Assembly (NCBI GenBank): GCA_965206695.1 | Contig: CBDBKM010000013.1 | Coordinates: 128,001-192,000 of the forward strand | Direction: 5' to 3' | Length of the DNA stretch: 64,000 nt | Source of the DNA: Chlamydiales bacterium | GTDB taxonomy: Bacteria; Chlamydiota; Chlamydiia; Chlamydiales; JAAZZY01 | Shown here: piece by piece, positions 53,786 through 64,000 of the stretch | Position numbering within the stretch: the stretch's first letter is position 1 | Layout: the number at the start of each line of letters is the position of its first letter | Notes under the pieces: model-generated | Databases searched by the model: none | What the model was told of the DNA's origin: nothing | The model's input: the letters and a program-made list of their open reading frames with translations, nothing else | Program-made: the position numbers and the translations under genes

Positions 53786-54130
53786 CTATTCCTCTAATTG
53801 TTTAAAAGTAATTTCTTCTAAGACTCTTTCACAACATATGGTCATAAAACGGATCAAATCTTCATGTAAATGATATTCTTTCCACATTTCAGCTATAGCT
53901 GAAGGCCTTACGGCAAAGTATATAAGATAATAAAATCCATCTCTTCTACCATCAATTTCATAAGCAAGTTTTTTTCTTCCTTGATCATGAGTCTTTTTAA
54001 TCTCTCCGCCTCTGGAGGTTACCCCTTCTAAAATCTTCTCTAAAGCCTTTTCTCGGGCATCTTCACTCAAGGTTGTATTGATAATATACATCCCCTCATA
54101 GAGATTCATTGTTTCTTCTTTTGTACTCAT
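53786..54130 (-). CDS. rpsF: 30S ribosomal protein S6
   Basis: [19 protein letters not shown]. Confidence 0.96.
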   Translation of the reverse strand: MSTKEETMNLYEGMYIINTTLSEDAREKALEKILEGVTSRGGEIKKTHDQGRKKLAYEIDGRRDGFYYLIYFAVRPSAIAEMWKEYHLHEDLIRFMTICCERVLEEITFKQLEE

Positions 54131-54149
54131 GCGTCCTCTTTTTCTTTCA

Positions 54150-54743
54150 TTATACTTGTTGCCTAACATTAGCATAATTCATGGCAACTTCTATTTCATT
54201 TTCTAACCACAAATTGATGATACGGATTCCCTTCTCTAGAAGAACTCCCATTTCTATCATCTCTTGTTTTGAAAACTTGCTCAAAACATGGTCTGCTAAT
54301 GAGCCAAATTGTCTATCTCCAACTCCGATACGCAGTCGGGCATACTCTTGTGTTTTTAAATGTTTTTCTATATTTTTTAATCCTTGATGACCTCCGGAAC
54401 TACCTTTAGGCTTAATTCGCATCTCCCCAAAAGAAATGTCGATATCATCCGCGATAATCAATATATCTTCAGGATTAATTTTATAGAAATCCATACACGA
54501 TCTCACTGCTGCCCCGCTACAATTCATGTAAGTTATTGGAATTAACAAATACAAAGAAAAACCTAAATATCGAGCTTTAATAAAATATCCGGATAACCGT
54601 TTCTCTTTTTTTAATGTAAAATTATTTTGTTTAGCAAATGCTTCTACAAGTATTTGCCCCATATTATGCCTGGTTGTAGCATAATCAAGACCGGGATTCC
54701 CAAGTCCAACAATTAATCGATTTTTATCGTTCACCATATTCAC
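54150..54743 (-). CDS. pth: Peptidyl-tRNA hydrolase
   Basis: IVGLGNPG, TRHNMG, TYMN, GGHQG, RLRIG. Confidence 0.97.
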   Translation of the reverse strand: MNMVNDKNRLIVGLGNPGLDYATTRHNMGQILVEAFAKQNNFTLKKEKRLSGYFIKARYLGFSLYLLIPITYMNCSGAAVRSCMDFYKINPEDILIIADDIDISFGEMRIKPKGSSGGHQGLKNIEKHLKTQEYARLRIGVGDRQFGSLADHVLSKFSKQEMIEMGVLLEKGIRIINLWLENEIEVAMNYANVRQQV

Positions 54744-54771
54744 GCTACACTACGCCCGGCTAATTAAAGCT

Positions 54772-55332
54772 TTATCGTTTTGCAATAACAACCACAACCT
54801 CATTGAGATCCTCTAAAGATCGGACCCCTTCAGGAAGATTGATAGCTGATAATCTTTTAGATTGAAGCATTCCCAGCTCTCTAATATCTATTATAAACTG
54901 CGTTGGAATATATTTAGGTAAGCAACGAATCTTTAAATGTCGAATTACCTGACGTACCACTCCACCAATTTTAACACCGACGCATTCAGCTTGCCCTACA
55001 AAGTCAATAGGAACCTTAACATTCACGGGTCTATCGTCTGTTAACTCTTCAAAATCCAAATGAATAATATCATATGTGGTGATGTTGTATTGAATATCCT
55101 TTACAATAACTTTCGTCTCATTTTTTTTTTCATCTTCTAAAGAAAACCTTGTAACCGGAAGGTGTCCTTTAGGCATTTTTCTGAGATGAGCCTGAAACTG
55201 AGCCTGATCAACTCCAATAGGGATCCCCGGCTTTCCGTAAGAATACACGATCGCAGGAATGTGTCCCGAATTTCGTAGAATTCTTACCTCACTTTTTTTA
55301 TTTACTAATCTTTTTTTCGTCGTAAGTTTCAT
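54772..55332 (-). CDS. rplY: 50S ribosomal protein L25 / Ctc
   Basis: IPAIVY, IHLDF, VPI.F.G...GVKIGG. Confidence 0.96.
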   Translation of the reverse strand: MKLTTKKRLVNKKSEVRILRNSGHIPAIVYSYGKPGIPIGVDQAQFQAHLRKMPKGHLPVTRFSLEDEKKNETKVIVKDIQYNITTYDIIHLDFEELTDDRPVNVKVPIDFVGQAECVGVKIGGVVRQVIRHLKIRCLPKYIPTQFIIDIRELGMLQSKRLSAINLPEGVRSLEDLNEVVVVIAKR

Positions 55333-55371
55333 AAAATTCCTCTTGCATATATGACAGGGTGACTTAATTTC

Positions 55372-56316
55372 TTATTCAAATAGAGAAGATATCGATTTTG
55401 CCGATGCTATACGTTTAATGGCTTCACCAAATAATCCGGCAACAGAGACGGTGTGTATCCCATAATCTTCATAAGTATTTTGTGGCGCTATCGTATTGCT
55501 TACTAGCAATTTTTCAATAGCACTGGCTTTAATTTTTTCTAAAGCCATACCTGCAAAAAGACCATGAGTAATCATAGCATAAATTTTTAAAGCACCGGCA
55601 GTCTTACAAGTATTAGCTGCAGCCACTAAAGTACCTCCTGTCGAACACATATCATCGACTAATAAGACTTCTTTATTCTTAACATCTCCAATAATAGGCG
55701 AATGCTCCACCTCGTGTGTATTCAATCGCCTTTTATCGATAATCGTTAAATCAACTTTTAGATGGTCAGCAACAGCCTTAGCAAGCTTAATACTGCCTAA
55801 ATCCGGTGATACGACTACTCCATTTTTCAAGCCTAATTTATCTACCGCCGAAATTAATTCAGGCCTGGCAAAAATATTATCTACAGGTACATCAAAAAAA
55901 CCTTGAATTTGATCTGCATGGAGATCCATTGTTAAGATTTTATGTGCTCCGGCTGTTTCCAGTAGATCTGCAACCAGTCTTGCAGTAATAGGCACTCTAC
56001 CTTTGTCTTTACGATCTTGTCTTGAATAAGCGAAGTAAGGTAGAACGGCGACAATAGTACCGGCTGATGCACGTTTAAGTGCATCAATCATAATTAAAAG
56101 CTCCATTAAATAATGGTTCGGTCTATGCGCTATAGATTGGATGACAAAAACGGTTTTGCCTCGAACATTTTCCAAAACTTGCATTAATATTTCGCCATCC
56201 GGAAATGTATCGATTTTAACCTTTCCCAGCGCAACACCAATATAATCTCCTATTTCCTTCGCTAATTCCGGATAAGATGTCCCGGAAATTAATATAGTAT
56301 CGGGTTGGTTTTGCAT
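55372..56316 (-). CDS. prs: Ribose-phosphate pyrophosphokinase
   Basis: FPDGE, PYFAYSRQDRK, DLHADQIQGFF, VDDMCSTGGT. Confidence 0.97.
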   Translation of the reverse strand: MQNQPDTILISGTSYPELAKEIGDYIGVALGKVKIDTFPDGEILMQVLENVRGKTVFVIQSIAHRPNHYLMELLIMIDALKRASAGTIVAVLPYFAYSRQDRKDKGRVPITARLVADLLETAGAHKILTMDLHADQIQGFFDVPVDNIFARPELISAVDKLGLKNGVVVSPDLGSIKLAKAVADHLKVDLTIIDKRRLNTHEVEHSPIIGDVKNKEVLLVDDMCSTGGTLVAAANTCKTAGALKIYAMITHGLFAGMALEKIKASAIEKLLVSNTIAPQNTYEDYGIHTVSVAGLFGEAIKRIASAKSISSLFE

Positions 56317-56356
56317 GGATAAAGCTGGTTTTACTTCCTTTTATATAATTAACACG

Positions 56357-56428
56357 TTGGGGTGGCAGGATTCGAACCTGCGGTACACGATACCAAAAAC
56401 CGTTGCCTTACCACTTGGCTACACCCCA
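56357..56428 (-). tRNA. tRNA-Gln(TTG)
   Basis: TGGGGTGTAGCCAAGTGGTAAGGCAACGGTTTTTGGTATCGT...GGTTCGAATCCTGCCACCCCAA folds as a cloverleaf; no encoded CCA. Confidence 0.95.
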
Positions 56429-56611
56429 TCTCAAATCATTTAAGCGCAAGATGATACCTAATAAGAACAATTTAATACAAGAATCTCCTTACAATTTTTT
56501 GATTAATCGTTAATTTTCAATGAAATTACTTGATTAAATTTTCATCTTGTCAAAGAAAATTTTCTTTTTTATACTAACGACAGAGAGCGAAAAAGCTAAA
56601 ACTGTAACCTC

Positions 56612-58159
56612 ATGAAAATCATTCATATAGCTTCTGAGTTTAGTCCTATAGCGAAAATTGGAGGACTTGCGGACGTCTTATTGGGACTGTGCCGTGAGCT
56701 TCAAGCAACGGGACACGTAATAGAAGTGATTATTCCAAAATACAAGCCTTTGAACCTAAATGAAATAGACAATTTAAAAGTGATTCATCAAGATATGCTT
56801 TCCTATTCAAATAAAGGCCGGAAAAATAATACGATTTGGAGTGGAAAATGTGCCGGAATAAATCTTTATTTCATTCAAGATCATCACCCCAATCAATTTT
56901 TTGATAGAGATGAAATCTATGGATATAAAGATGATATTAGCCGTTTTCTCTATTTTACAAGAGCTAGTATGGATTTTATTTTTAAAACGCAAAGGAACCC
57001 TGATATTATCCACCTTCACGAATGGCACACCGCTATTGCAGCTCCCCTTTACCATGAAATATTTAAGAGTCAATGTTCTACGCCTATACGTATTATTTTT
57101 ACTATGCACAACTTAGAGTATCAAGGACGATGCTGCCCTAAAGAAGTGACTAATATTGGACTTGTTGGAAAAAAATTCCTAACTGCAGATCTCATGCAAG
57201 ATCCTAAGTGTCATAGTATGCTAAACTTATTAAAAGGCGGCATTGTTTTCTCAGATTACTTTACTACCGTATCCCCTAGATATGCTGAAGAAATTAAAAC
57301 TAAAGAATATGGGGCTAAATTAGATGTAACAATAAGAACGCATTCCGATCGATTCAAAGGAATTTTAAATGGGATCGACTATACATTTTGGAACCCTAAA
57401 ATTGATCCGGCTTTAACTAGTCATTATGGCTTAAATGATAAAGGCAGCTCAATTGAATATTTTGATCATAAAAAACTCAACAAAGATTTTATACGAAAGA
57501 CCTTTAAAATGCCTTTAGTAGGTATGCCATTAGTTATTTGCATATCCCGTCTTGTACCACAAAAAGGAATAAAATTAATTAAACATACCATTCAACATGT
57601 TTTAAAACATGAGGGTCAAATGATCCTTTTTGGCTCTAGCCCTATTCCTCGTATTCAAAATGAATTCCAAGAGTTAGCCGAAGACTTAAAAGACAATTCA
57701 AATATCGTTTTCATTTTTGAGTCTCAAAATGAAAAACTTGCACATCAACTTTATGCTGCCGGAGATATGTTAATAGTGCCTTCTCTTTATGAACCTTGTG
57801 GATTAACACAGATTATTGCCCTTCAATATGGAACGGTTCCCATTGTGCGTCGAACCGGAGGATTAGCTGATACGATCATAGATGTTGACGAGGAGGCTTC
57901 CGGAGAAAATCCCGGTAATGGATTTTCTTTTGACTTACCAATTAAAAAAGCCATTAGCCAAACAATAAATCGGGCATTTAAATGTTGGAAGGAAAACCCT
58001 AAAGAATGGAAACAACTCATGTTACGAGGTATGAAAGAAGACTTTAGCTGGAAACAATCGGCACAAGAATATTTAAAAATATATACTAAACCCCTAATTT
58101 TCAACACAAACCTTAAGTCTAAAAAATCTTTAAATCAAAGCATTCATCATTCTTTTTAG
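56612..58159 (+). CDS. glgA: Glycogen synthase
   Basis: KIGGLADV, HLHEWH, TVSPRYA, SRLVPQKG, PSLYEPCGLTQ. Confidence 0.96.
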   Translation: MKIIHIASEFSPIAKIGGLADVLLGLCRELQATGHVIEVIIPKYKPLNLNEIDNLKVIHQDMLSYSNKGRKNNTIWSGKCAGINLYFIQDHHPNQFFDRDEIYGYKDDISRFLYFTRASMDFIFKTQRNPDIIHLHEWHTAIAAPLYHEIFKSQCSTPIRIIFTMHNLEYQGRCCPKEVTNIGLVGKKFLTADLMQDPKCHSMLNLLKGGIVFSDYFTTVSPRYAEEIKTKEYGAKLDVTIRTHSDRFKGILNGIDYTFWNPKIDPALTSHYGLNDKGSSIEYFDHKKLNKDFIRKTFKMPLVGMPLVICISRLVPQKGIKLIKHTIQHVLKHEGQMILFGSSPIPRIQNEFQELAEDLKDNSNIVFIFESQNEKLAHQLYAAGDMLIVPSLYEPCGLTQIIALQYGTVPIVRRTGGLADTIIDVDEEASGENPGNGFSFDLPIKKAISQTINRAFKCWKENPKEWKQLMLRGMKEDFSWKQSAQEYLKIYTKPLIFNTNLKSKKSLNQSIHHSF

Positions 58160-58191
58160 AAGAATCACTTAAGCCTTATTTATTTAACAAA

Positions 58192-58782
58192 TTAAGAGGG
58201 AGTTAATAGAGACTTAATATATTTTCGATTAGCGTAGATGTAATCTACACTAGAATACAAGGTATATATCGCAGCACAACTTACAATATAGATGCTGATC
58301 ATACGAAAATCTTTATTGGATAAATAACCTAACGTTCTTGGAATCATTAGAAATAGCACAAGAAAAGAAGCTATCGCTTGAATGATAGCTTTGATCTTTC
58401 CACTCGGTCTCGCAGCCAGAGCAAACCCTTTTAAAGCACACACGGTTCTTAAAGTGCTGATAATCGAGTCTCGATAAATAAAGACAAAGACTAATAAAAG
58501 CGGGATACGTACTATCCCTTGCGTAAAGGTTAAAAAAACCGAAATACGAGCAATGCTATCAGCCATAGGATCCATAATCTTTCCTAAATCCGATACCTGA
58601 TTAAACTTTCTGGCAAAAAAACCGTCGAAGGCATCAGTTAGTTCAGAAATTCCTAATAGTATAATGAGAGCATAAGGTAACCATACAAGACTAATGCCAA
58701 AGCTGGGATACCATAGGTATATAACAAGAAAAATAGGACTGATGATAATCCTCAATAAAGTCAAAAAGTTTGCAATATTCAA
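58192..58782 (-). CDS. pgsA: CDP-diacylglycerol--glycerol-3-phosphate phosphatidyltransferase
   Basis: ANFLTLLRI, TDAFDGFFARK..QVSDLGKIMDPMAD. Confidence 0.92.
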   Translation of the reverse strand: MNIANFLTLLRIIISPIFLVIYLWYPSFGISLVWLPYALIILLGISELTDAFDGFFARKFNQVSDLGKIMDPMADSIARISVFLTFTQGIVRIPLLLVFVFIYRDSIISTLRTVCALKGFALAARPSGKIKAIIQAIASFLVLFLMIPRTLGYLSNKDFRMISIYIVSCAAIYTLYSSVDYIYANRKYIKSLLTPS

Positions 58783-58882
58783 AAAAAACTCAAGGGGTTA
58801 TAAATTGTTTAAAAATAGCTTTTAACAAATTAATTAAATAATGATCAAGACCTCTTAAAAACTCAACCGCTACCGCAGCAAA

Positions 58883-59809
58883 ATGAAACTAACCGATAAA
58901 ACTACGACCCTTTACCTGATAATCATAGCCGGCTTTGTGTTTGCTTCGATGGCGCTTCTGATAAAATCGCTCTCGGACTCTCTTCCTACGGAAATGATTG
59001 TTTTTTCCCGGTTTTGTTTTATCTCACTATTATTGTTACCCTTCATAAAAAAAACAACCTTTCGTCCAACAACTCTTTCCATTACAGCTACACATTTTAT
59101 AACCGGCATCGCTAATTTATGCGCTATCTACTGTTTTTTTTATAGCATCAATCAATTGCCTTTATTTAATGCTGTTTCCTTATTTTTTTCTGCCCCATTA
59201 TTTGTCGTTTTTGTAACACGAATCTGGATAGGAAAACGTATAGCTCACAAAGTATACTTACCTGTCATTATCGGATTCATTGGCCTTATAATCACTTTAA
59301 CTTCTAATAACTTTCGTTTTGGCATGGTCGCCGTAGTTGCCATAACAGGAGGTGTCTTGCAATCTATTGCCCGGATAGGGTTGCAACGCCTTCAATTTTC
59401 AGAATCTTTTTTAAAAATCTTTCTCTATTCTTGGATAATCCCAACTCTTATTTCTGCTCTCCCTTTATCTTATGCTTGGAAATCACTTTCTTTTGTTCAT
59501 CTTTTAATCCTTTTTTTAAGCATTGTTTTCAGTATTCTCTATCAACTCATACTTAAAAAAGCAGTTAAAGCACCTTCCTTTAAAACGTATGCTTCTTATT
59601 TTTATACAGCTATATTTTTTGTCGCTTTATTAGATTTAATCTTTTTTCGGCAACTACCCACCCTTTCTTCATTTGGCTCAGCTATTGTCATCATTTGTGG
59701 TATCATTTTACTTATTCGAGATGAGCCTAAACTTTTCACTCTTTTTATAGACCTTTCTTATTCTACGAAACGAAAGAAAACCGGTAAAATTAATAAACAA
59801 TTATCTTAA
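58883..59809 (+). CDS. EamA/DMT family transporter
   Basis: About 10 TM segments, IVFSRF, LFFSAPLF. Confidence 0.85.
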   Translation: MKLTDKTTTLYLIIIAGFVFASMALLIKSLSDSLPTEMIVFSRFCFISLLLLPFIKKTTFRPTTLSITATHFITGIANLCAIYCFFYSINQLPLFNAVSLFFSAPLFVVFVTRIWIGKRIAHKVYLPVIIGFIGLIITLTSNNFRFGMVAVVAITGGVLQSIARIGLQRLQFSESFLKIFLYSWIIPTLISALPLSYAWKSLSFVHLLILFLSIVFSILYQLILKKAVKAPSFKTYASYFYTAIFFVALLDLIFFRQLPTLSSFGSAIVIICGIILLIRDEPKLFTLFIDLSYSTKRKKTGKINKQLS

Positions 59810-59950
59810 ATCTTTTATAAAACTTGTATTTATCCTACAATATTTCATTAAATTTATTAGATTGATGATTAACATTTAAATAACATTTAATTTGGCCGTT
59901 ACCATCAAAATCCATATATTCAAAATATAAAAATCGCGTGAGGTTTACTA

Positions 59951-61045
59951 TACCCCTTATGAATCAAAGTGCCGATTCTAAGACTTGAAAATGATCATTG
60001 ATTCGTGTCCTCATTGATTGAGCAATAGAGGGCCAAGTATTTTCAAAAAATCCGGTAATCGATCTCCGAAATTCTTTAGCAGAATTAAAAAACCGATTAT
60101 TGCGACAATATTCATTCATCACTTTCCATAATCGTTCAATAGGATTGAGGTTAGGACTGTAAGAAGGTAAATAATAGAGAATAATACCTTGTTTTTCTGC
60201 TTCTTGTTTGGTCTGAATACTTGTATTATAAGGACCTTGATCTAAAATAAGATGGATATTTGGAGCTGAGGGATATTTTGACCGTAATAAAGCAAAATGT
60301 TTTGCCATGGTACCGCTATTTAATGTTTCATAAGCATCTATTGTTACCTTCATACTGTTTAAATTGATAGACCCCATAAGATTCATTCGAGTTCTAGAAG
60401 CTGTTGTTGCGATTAATTTACTCTGTTCCCGGTCGAATCCAACCATAAGAAATTTTAGTTGCCATAGTTGGATGCACACCATCAGCAAATTCAACAGGCT
60501 CATTTTTAGGCAGAGATGCCATAAGCTTGGTGTAAAATTGCATCCAAGCTTTTTGTTGATCAGAATTTGCCTTAGCCGGTGTACCTTTAGGCTTTTTATA
60601 GGAAAAACCATGTGAGTGTAGCCAAGAAGTCATCCCTGAAATCGTATAAACAATGCCATATTTCGCGAGAACATAAGAACAGATATCTTCTACTTTGACA
60701 TAGGTATGAGTTGTTAAATGTTTAATGAATTCTTCTGACTGTGGCGCAAGAAGTTTACTGACTGAACCACCGCTTTCTACATGCAATTGCTGTTTATTTT
60801 GATATTCTTTAATGTGACGAGACACTGTTTCATCGTCTAAAAGCACAGCTTCAGCAATACGAGTATTACTCCAACCTTTATTCGACAATAGAACAGCCTT
60901 GATACGATCTCGTATACGACCATTCTTTTCTCGTTTATGTTGCTGTCTGAGATGCTTTTCTTCTGATAGTGTTAAAAATGAATTCATACAAAATAATTTA
61001 CACTATACGAATACAAAATATCCGGAGGTTTATTCGTGATGAGTA
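59951..61045 (-). mobile_element. IS630 family B, copy 2, with a +1 frameshift near 60421
   Basis: Near-identical to 2821-3914; AATTTACTCTG versus AATTTATCTG. Confidence 0.95.
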
Positions 61046-61046
61046 T

Positions 61047-61625
61047 ATGTTAATTTTAGGTTCCCAATCTCCAAGAAGAAAAGAAATATTACAATTTTTC
61101 TCAATTCCTTTTACTCAGGCGCATCCGAGTTTTGATGAAAACAGCATACTTTTTAAAAAAAATTCCGCTGCCTATGTCCAAATTTTATCAGAAGGTAAAG
61201 GAAAATCTCTAGCCGGTTTTTTTCCAAAAAGAATCATTCTTACTGCTGATACCGTTGTATCTTATAAAGATAAGGTCTTAGGGAAGCCTCGACATGAAGA
61301 AGAAGCTATTGAGTCCTTATCCTTACTTTCAGGGAAATGGCATAAAGTCCTTACTGCTGTTACCTTGACAAAAGGTTCAAAAATATTTACAGAGGTAGAA
61401 GAGACCAACGTATTGTTTAATCCCTTTTCTTTAGCGGATATAAAGCAATATTATCAAAGATTATCCTGTGAGGACAAAGCAGGCGCCTATGCAATACAAG
61501 GAGCGGGAAGTGTTATTGTAAAAAAAATCGAAGGGTGTTTCTATAATGTGATGGGTCTACCCATTAATGCTGTGTTTAGATTACTTAGGTCTTTTGAGAT
61601 TAACCTACTGGACTTTTTAAAGTGA
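61047..61625 (+). CDS. maf: Maf family nucleoside-triphosphate pyrophosphatase
   Basis: LILGSQSPRRK, ADTVV, LGKP, DKAGAYAIQG, NVMGLP. Confidence 0.95.
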   Translation: MLILGSQSPRRKEILQFFSIPFTQAHPSFDENSILFKKNSAAYVQILSEGKGKSLAGFFPKRIILTADTVVSYKDKVLGKPRHEEEAIESLSLLSGKWHKVLTAVTLTKGSKIFTEVEETNVLFNPFSLADIKQYYQRLSCEDKAGAYAIQGAGSVIVKKIEGCFYNVMGLPINAVFRLLRSFEINLLDFLK

Positions 61626-63358
61626 AAAAATGCCTGACTTTTTTAATGCTATGTTTCTTGTGTGGTTGTACTTATAAGCCGTCTATTTTCTATGATTTGT
61701 CCGAACCTTCTAAGCTATCTTCTAGTGTCCTTGATGAAGAATGTACGGATCCCTCTCAAATATTTAATCTCATCCGTAACGGGAATATCGATGAAGCTTT
61801 GTATTACTACCATAAGCAAGTGCAAATATCCGGGAGCCACGATAATGAATTAATCCAATACTTAGGTTATCGGATTTTAGAACAAGCTAAACAAATTAAT
61901 GATCCTGAAACACAACTAATTACTATTTTTAGTGCAGGTATTACCGGTAACGACACCTTACTTCCCATTATTCAAGAAGGCCTTAAAAGTGATCATTTGC
62001 AAGTACAACTAGCTTCTATACATGCTATTGCCATGATAGAAGGTGACCAAGCATCTGAAACATTAATTAAACATGCCTTTAAATCAAACTACCTTATTAC
62101 TCGTCTAGAAGCCGCCCGTTTATTAGCTAAGCAACAACACCCTGCAGCCTCAGAACAAATTGAGGGTTTGATGCATAAATTAGACAGTAATTGGAGATAC
62201 CTATTCCCTCAGTTATTTGCTCTAGTAGGTGACGCTAAATCCTCATCTATTTTTAAAAGAATGCTCAATGATCATGATGAGGCGACTCGAATAGAAGCCA
62301 TTCTTTGTGCTGCTCGATTTTATCGCGATGACTTTGCACCCGATATTAGAGTAATAGCAACGCACCTTAATCTTCTTCAACAAGAAGCTTGCGCATTTGC
62401 GCTGGGAACTTTGCGGGATAAAAAAGCGGAAGGAATACTCATAGAAATGCTTGATTCACCTTCTCAATACGTATCTTTAGCGGCTCTTCAAGCATTGTAT
62501 CAAATAGGTAAAACAGATGTGTTATCCAAAATTATTGAAATAGCTGAAACAGGAAACCTTTTTGCTATAACCATCTTAGGAAAAATGCCGGGATCTGAAA
62601 TAGCTCTTATCGAATTAGCCCAAAATCACAATCAACAGATTAGATTAAATGCCTCTTTAGCTTTACTGGAATTAAATGACTCGAACTGCCTATCAGGATT
62701 AAAAGAATTCTTAATTAATCATTCTGAGACATTTGCTATTGAACAGATCGCCACTCCATCAAAAGCTTTAGGAGCGATGAAGTTCGGAGTAAATGTGCAT
62801 TCCTTTTTGCATGACTCGGCTCAACAAAAAGAGATTACAACCCGATTAAAGGAACAATTATTAATTAAAGCCGCAAACTTACCTGAACCCGAATTTTTAG
62901 AACTGGCAATTGAAATTTTTAATAATAAGCAAAATGATCTCGTCCCTCTTTTAGTTGAAATTCTTCAAAGCCACTACTCTGAAGATGTAGCCATACTGCT
63001 TAAGGAACAACAACAAAGAGTAGGAGCTCCTCTAATACGAGCTTATTGTAATTTAGCCCTTTATCGATTAAAAGAGCCCGGTCCCTGGAAACAAAATCTC
63101 ATGAATTGGTTTATGCAAGAGACGATGATGGATACCATGCAAATTCGTCCTGTTATTCCTATGAACAACCACAACTTATCCTCCTCATATTATAATCTAA
63201 CTCCTGAAGAATCTGCACGTTTACTAATCGATTCTTTTTTAGCTCTTGCTATGAGCAAAGATGATTTTGGAATTGATACCCTTTTAAGGGCGCTACAACT
63301 GTCGAATATAAAAAATAAATTTGCTTTAGCCGGCTTATTAATACGTGCTGCCGAATAA
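61622..63358 (+). CDS. HEAT-repeat lipoprotein
   Basis: Lipobox-like LCGC; repeated R..A..AL HEAT units; start overlaps the maf stop. Confidence 0.85.
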   Translation: MKKCLTFLMLCFLCGCTYKPSIFYDLSEPSKLSSSVLDEECTDPSQIFNLIRNGNIDEALYYYHKQVQISGSHDNELIQYLGYRILEQAKQINDPETQLITIFSAGITGNDTLLPIIQEGLKSDHLQVQLASIHAIAMIEGDQASETLIKHAFKSNYLITRLEAARLLAKQQHPAASEQIEGLMHKLDSNWRYLFPQLFALVGDAKSSSIFKRMLNDHDEATRIEAILCAARFYRDDFAPDIRVIATHLNLLQQEACAFALGTLRDKKAEGILIEMLDSPSQYVSLAALQALYQIGKTDVLSKIIEIAETGNLFAITILGKMPGSEIALIELAQNHNQQIRLNASLALLELNDSNCLSGLKEFLINHSETFAIEQIATPSKALGAMKFGVNVHSFLHDSAQQKEITTRLKEQLLIKAANLPEPEFLELAIEIFNNKQNDLVPLLVEILQSHYSEDVAILLKEQQQRVGAPLIRAYCNLALYRLKEPGPWKQNLMNWFMQETMMDTMQIRPVIPMNNHNLSSSYYNLTPEESARLLIDSFLALAMSKDDFGIDTLLRALQLSNIKNKFALAGLLIRAAE

Positions 63359-63459
63359 TTTTTAATCTTGCAAAACATCTTTATATTTTCTTTATTTTAG
63401 TTTGATATATACTTTAAATAAAGTAAAATTAACGAATTTTAAATATTTAAGGAGAAAGT

Positions 63460-63876
63460 ATGTCATTAATTGCTTCTAAACTTCCTACACTTAGTCATAT
63501 CCCTTTGTTAAAAGCTGATCGGTCTGAAACAAACACTTCGACTAAACCTGAGAATACAAGAACTGTCACCGTCCTAAATCCAGCTACCATCTATGAACAA
63601 GGAGATACGCTCGATGTCGTTACAAAACTTGTACTGGGGTGCGGCCATTTGACTGCCGGAGTATTAGGAATGAGCGCCTTTGTATTCCTCTGTACTGCAT
63701 ATCTAGGATTGGCCGCTACAAGTCTCACAACAGCTCCATCACTAGCTATTGTAAGAAATGTTGTAGATGCAGGAACAACTCTGTTAGGTGCAGCCCTTTG
63801 TAAAAGAATTGCTGACGTAGGCTTCTTTCAAATAAAAGAAGCCTTCATAGACAACAACATGTCACGACTCTTCTAA
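63460..63876 (+). CDS. Small protein with bilobed hydrophobic region (Inc-like)
   Basis: AAGGAG RBS; S/T-rich N-terminus; long hydrophobic stretch. Confidence 0.65.
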   Translation: MSLIASKLPTLSHIPLLKADRSETNTSTKPENTRTVTVLNPATIYEQGDTLDVVTKLVLGCGHLTAGVLGMSAFVFLCTAYLGLAATSLTTAPSLAIVRNVVDAGTTLLGAALCKRIADVGFFQIKEAFIDNNMSRLF

Positions 63877-64000
63877 GGGAGCATCTGAATAAGTGGTTAA
63901 AAATAGCTTGATAGGTTAAAAGCTTTTTTTTAAAATAGTTTAACCATCTCTATCTTAAGTCTTCTAACTTTTTCTATACGTAAAAAACACTGAGATTGGA

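Noticed and set aside
60969..61046. N-terminal extension of Maf as a native feature (also ORF 3838-4044)
   Set aside because: The sequence is the IS630-B terminus, identical at both copies

Overview
AT-rich chromosomal window, most likely from an environmental Chlamydiota (non-Chlamydiaceae) endosymbiont. The pgsA-glgA-(tRNA-Gln-prs)-rplY-pth-rpsF-rpsR-rplI-ispE block and the maf/HEAT-repeat pair match chlamydial gene order. The right ~14 kb is mostly housekeeping. The left ~49 kb is an accessory region saturated with insertion sequences: five near-identical copies of one IS630, further IS630 families, IS5, IS1634, IS4, IS982, IS256 and ISNCY relics, IS200/IS605 ends and palindromic MITEs. 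It also holds a decayed tRNA-Tyr-targeting integrative element next to a lipase-like toxin/lipoprotein-immunity-like pair, a ppc plus grx-bolA-grxD block, and many candidate host-directed effectors (YopT-like and PPPDE-like cysteine proteases, dual-specificity phosphatase, SET domain, J-domain, NLS protein, Inc-like paralogues). The most striking unexplained signal is a window-wide excess of CCGG, with repeated CTGG/CCAG->CCGG substitutions in pseudogenes, which suggests a sequence-specific directional repair or mutator process. All calls come from reading the sequence and motifs by eye; no database searches were run.
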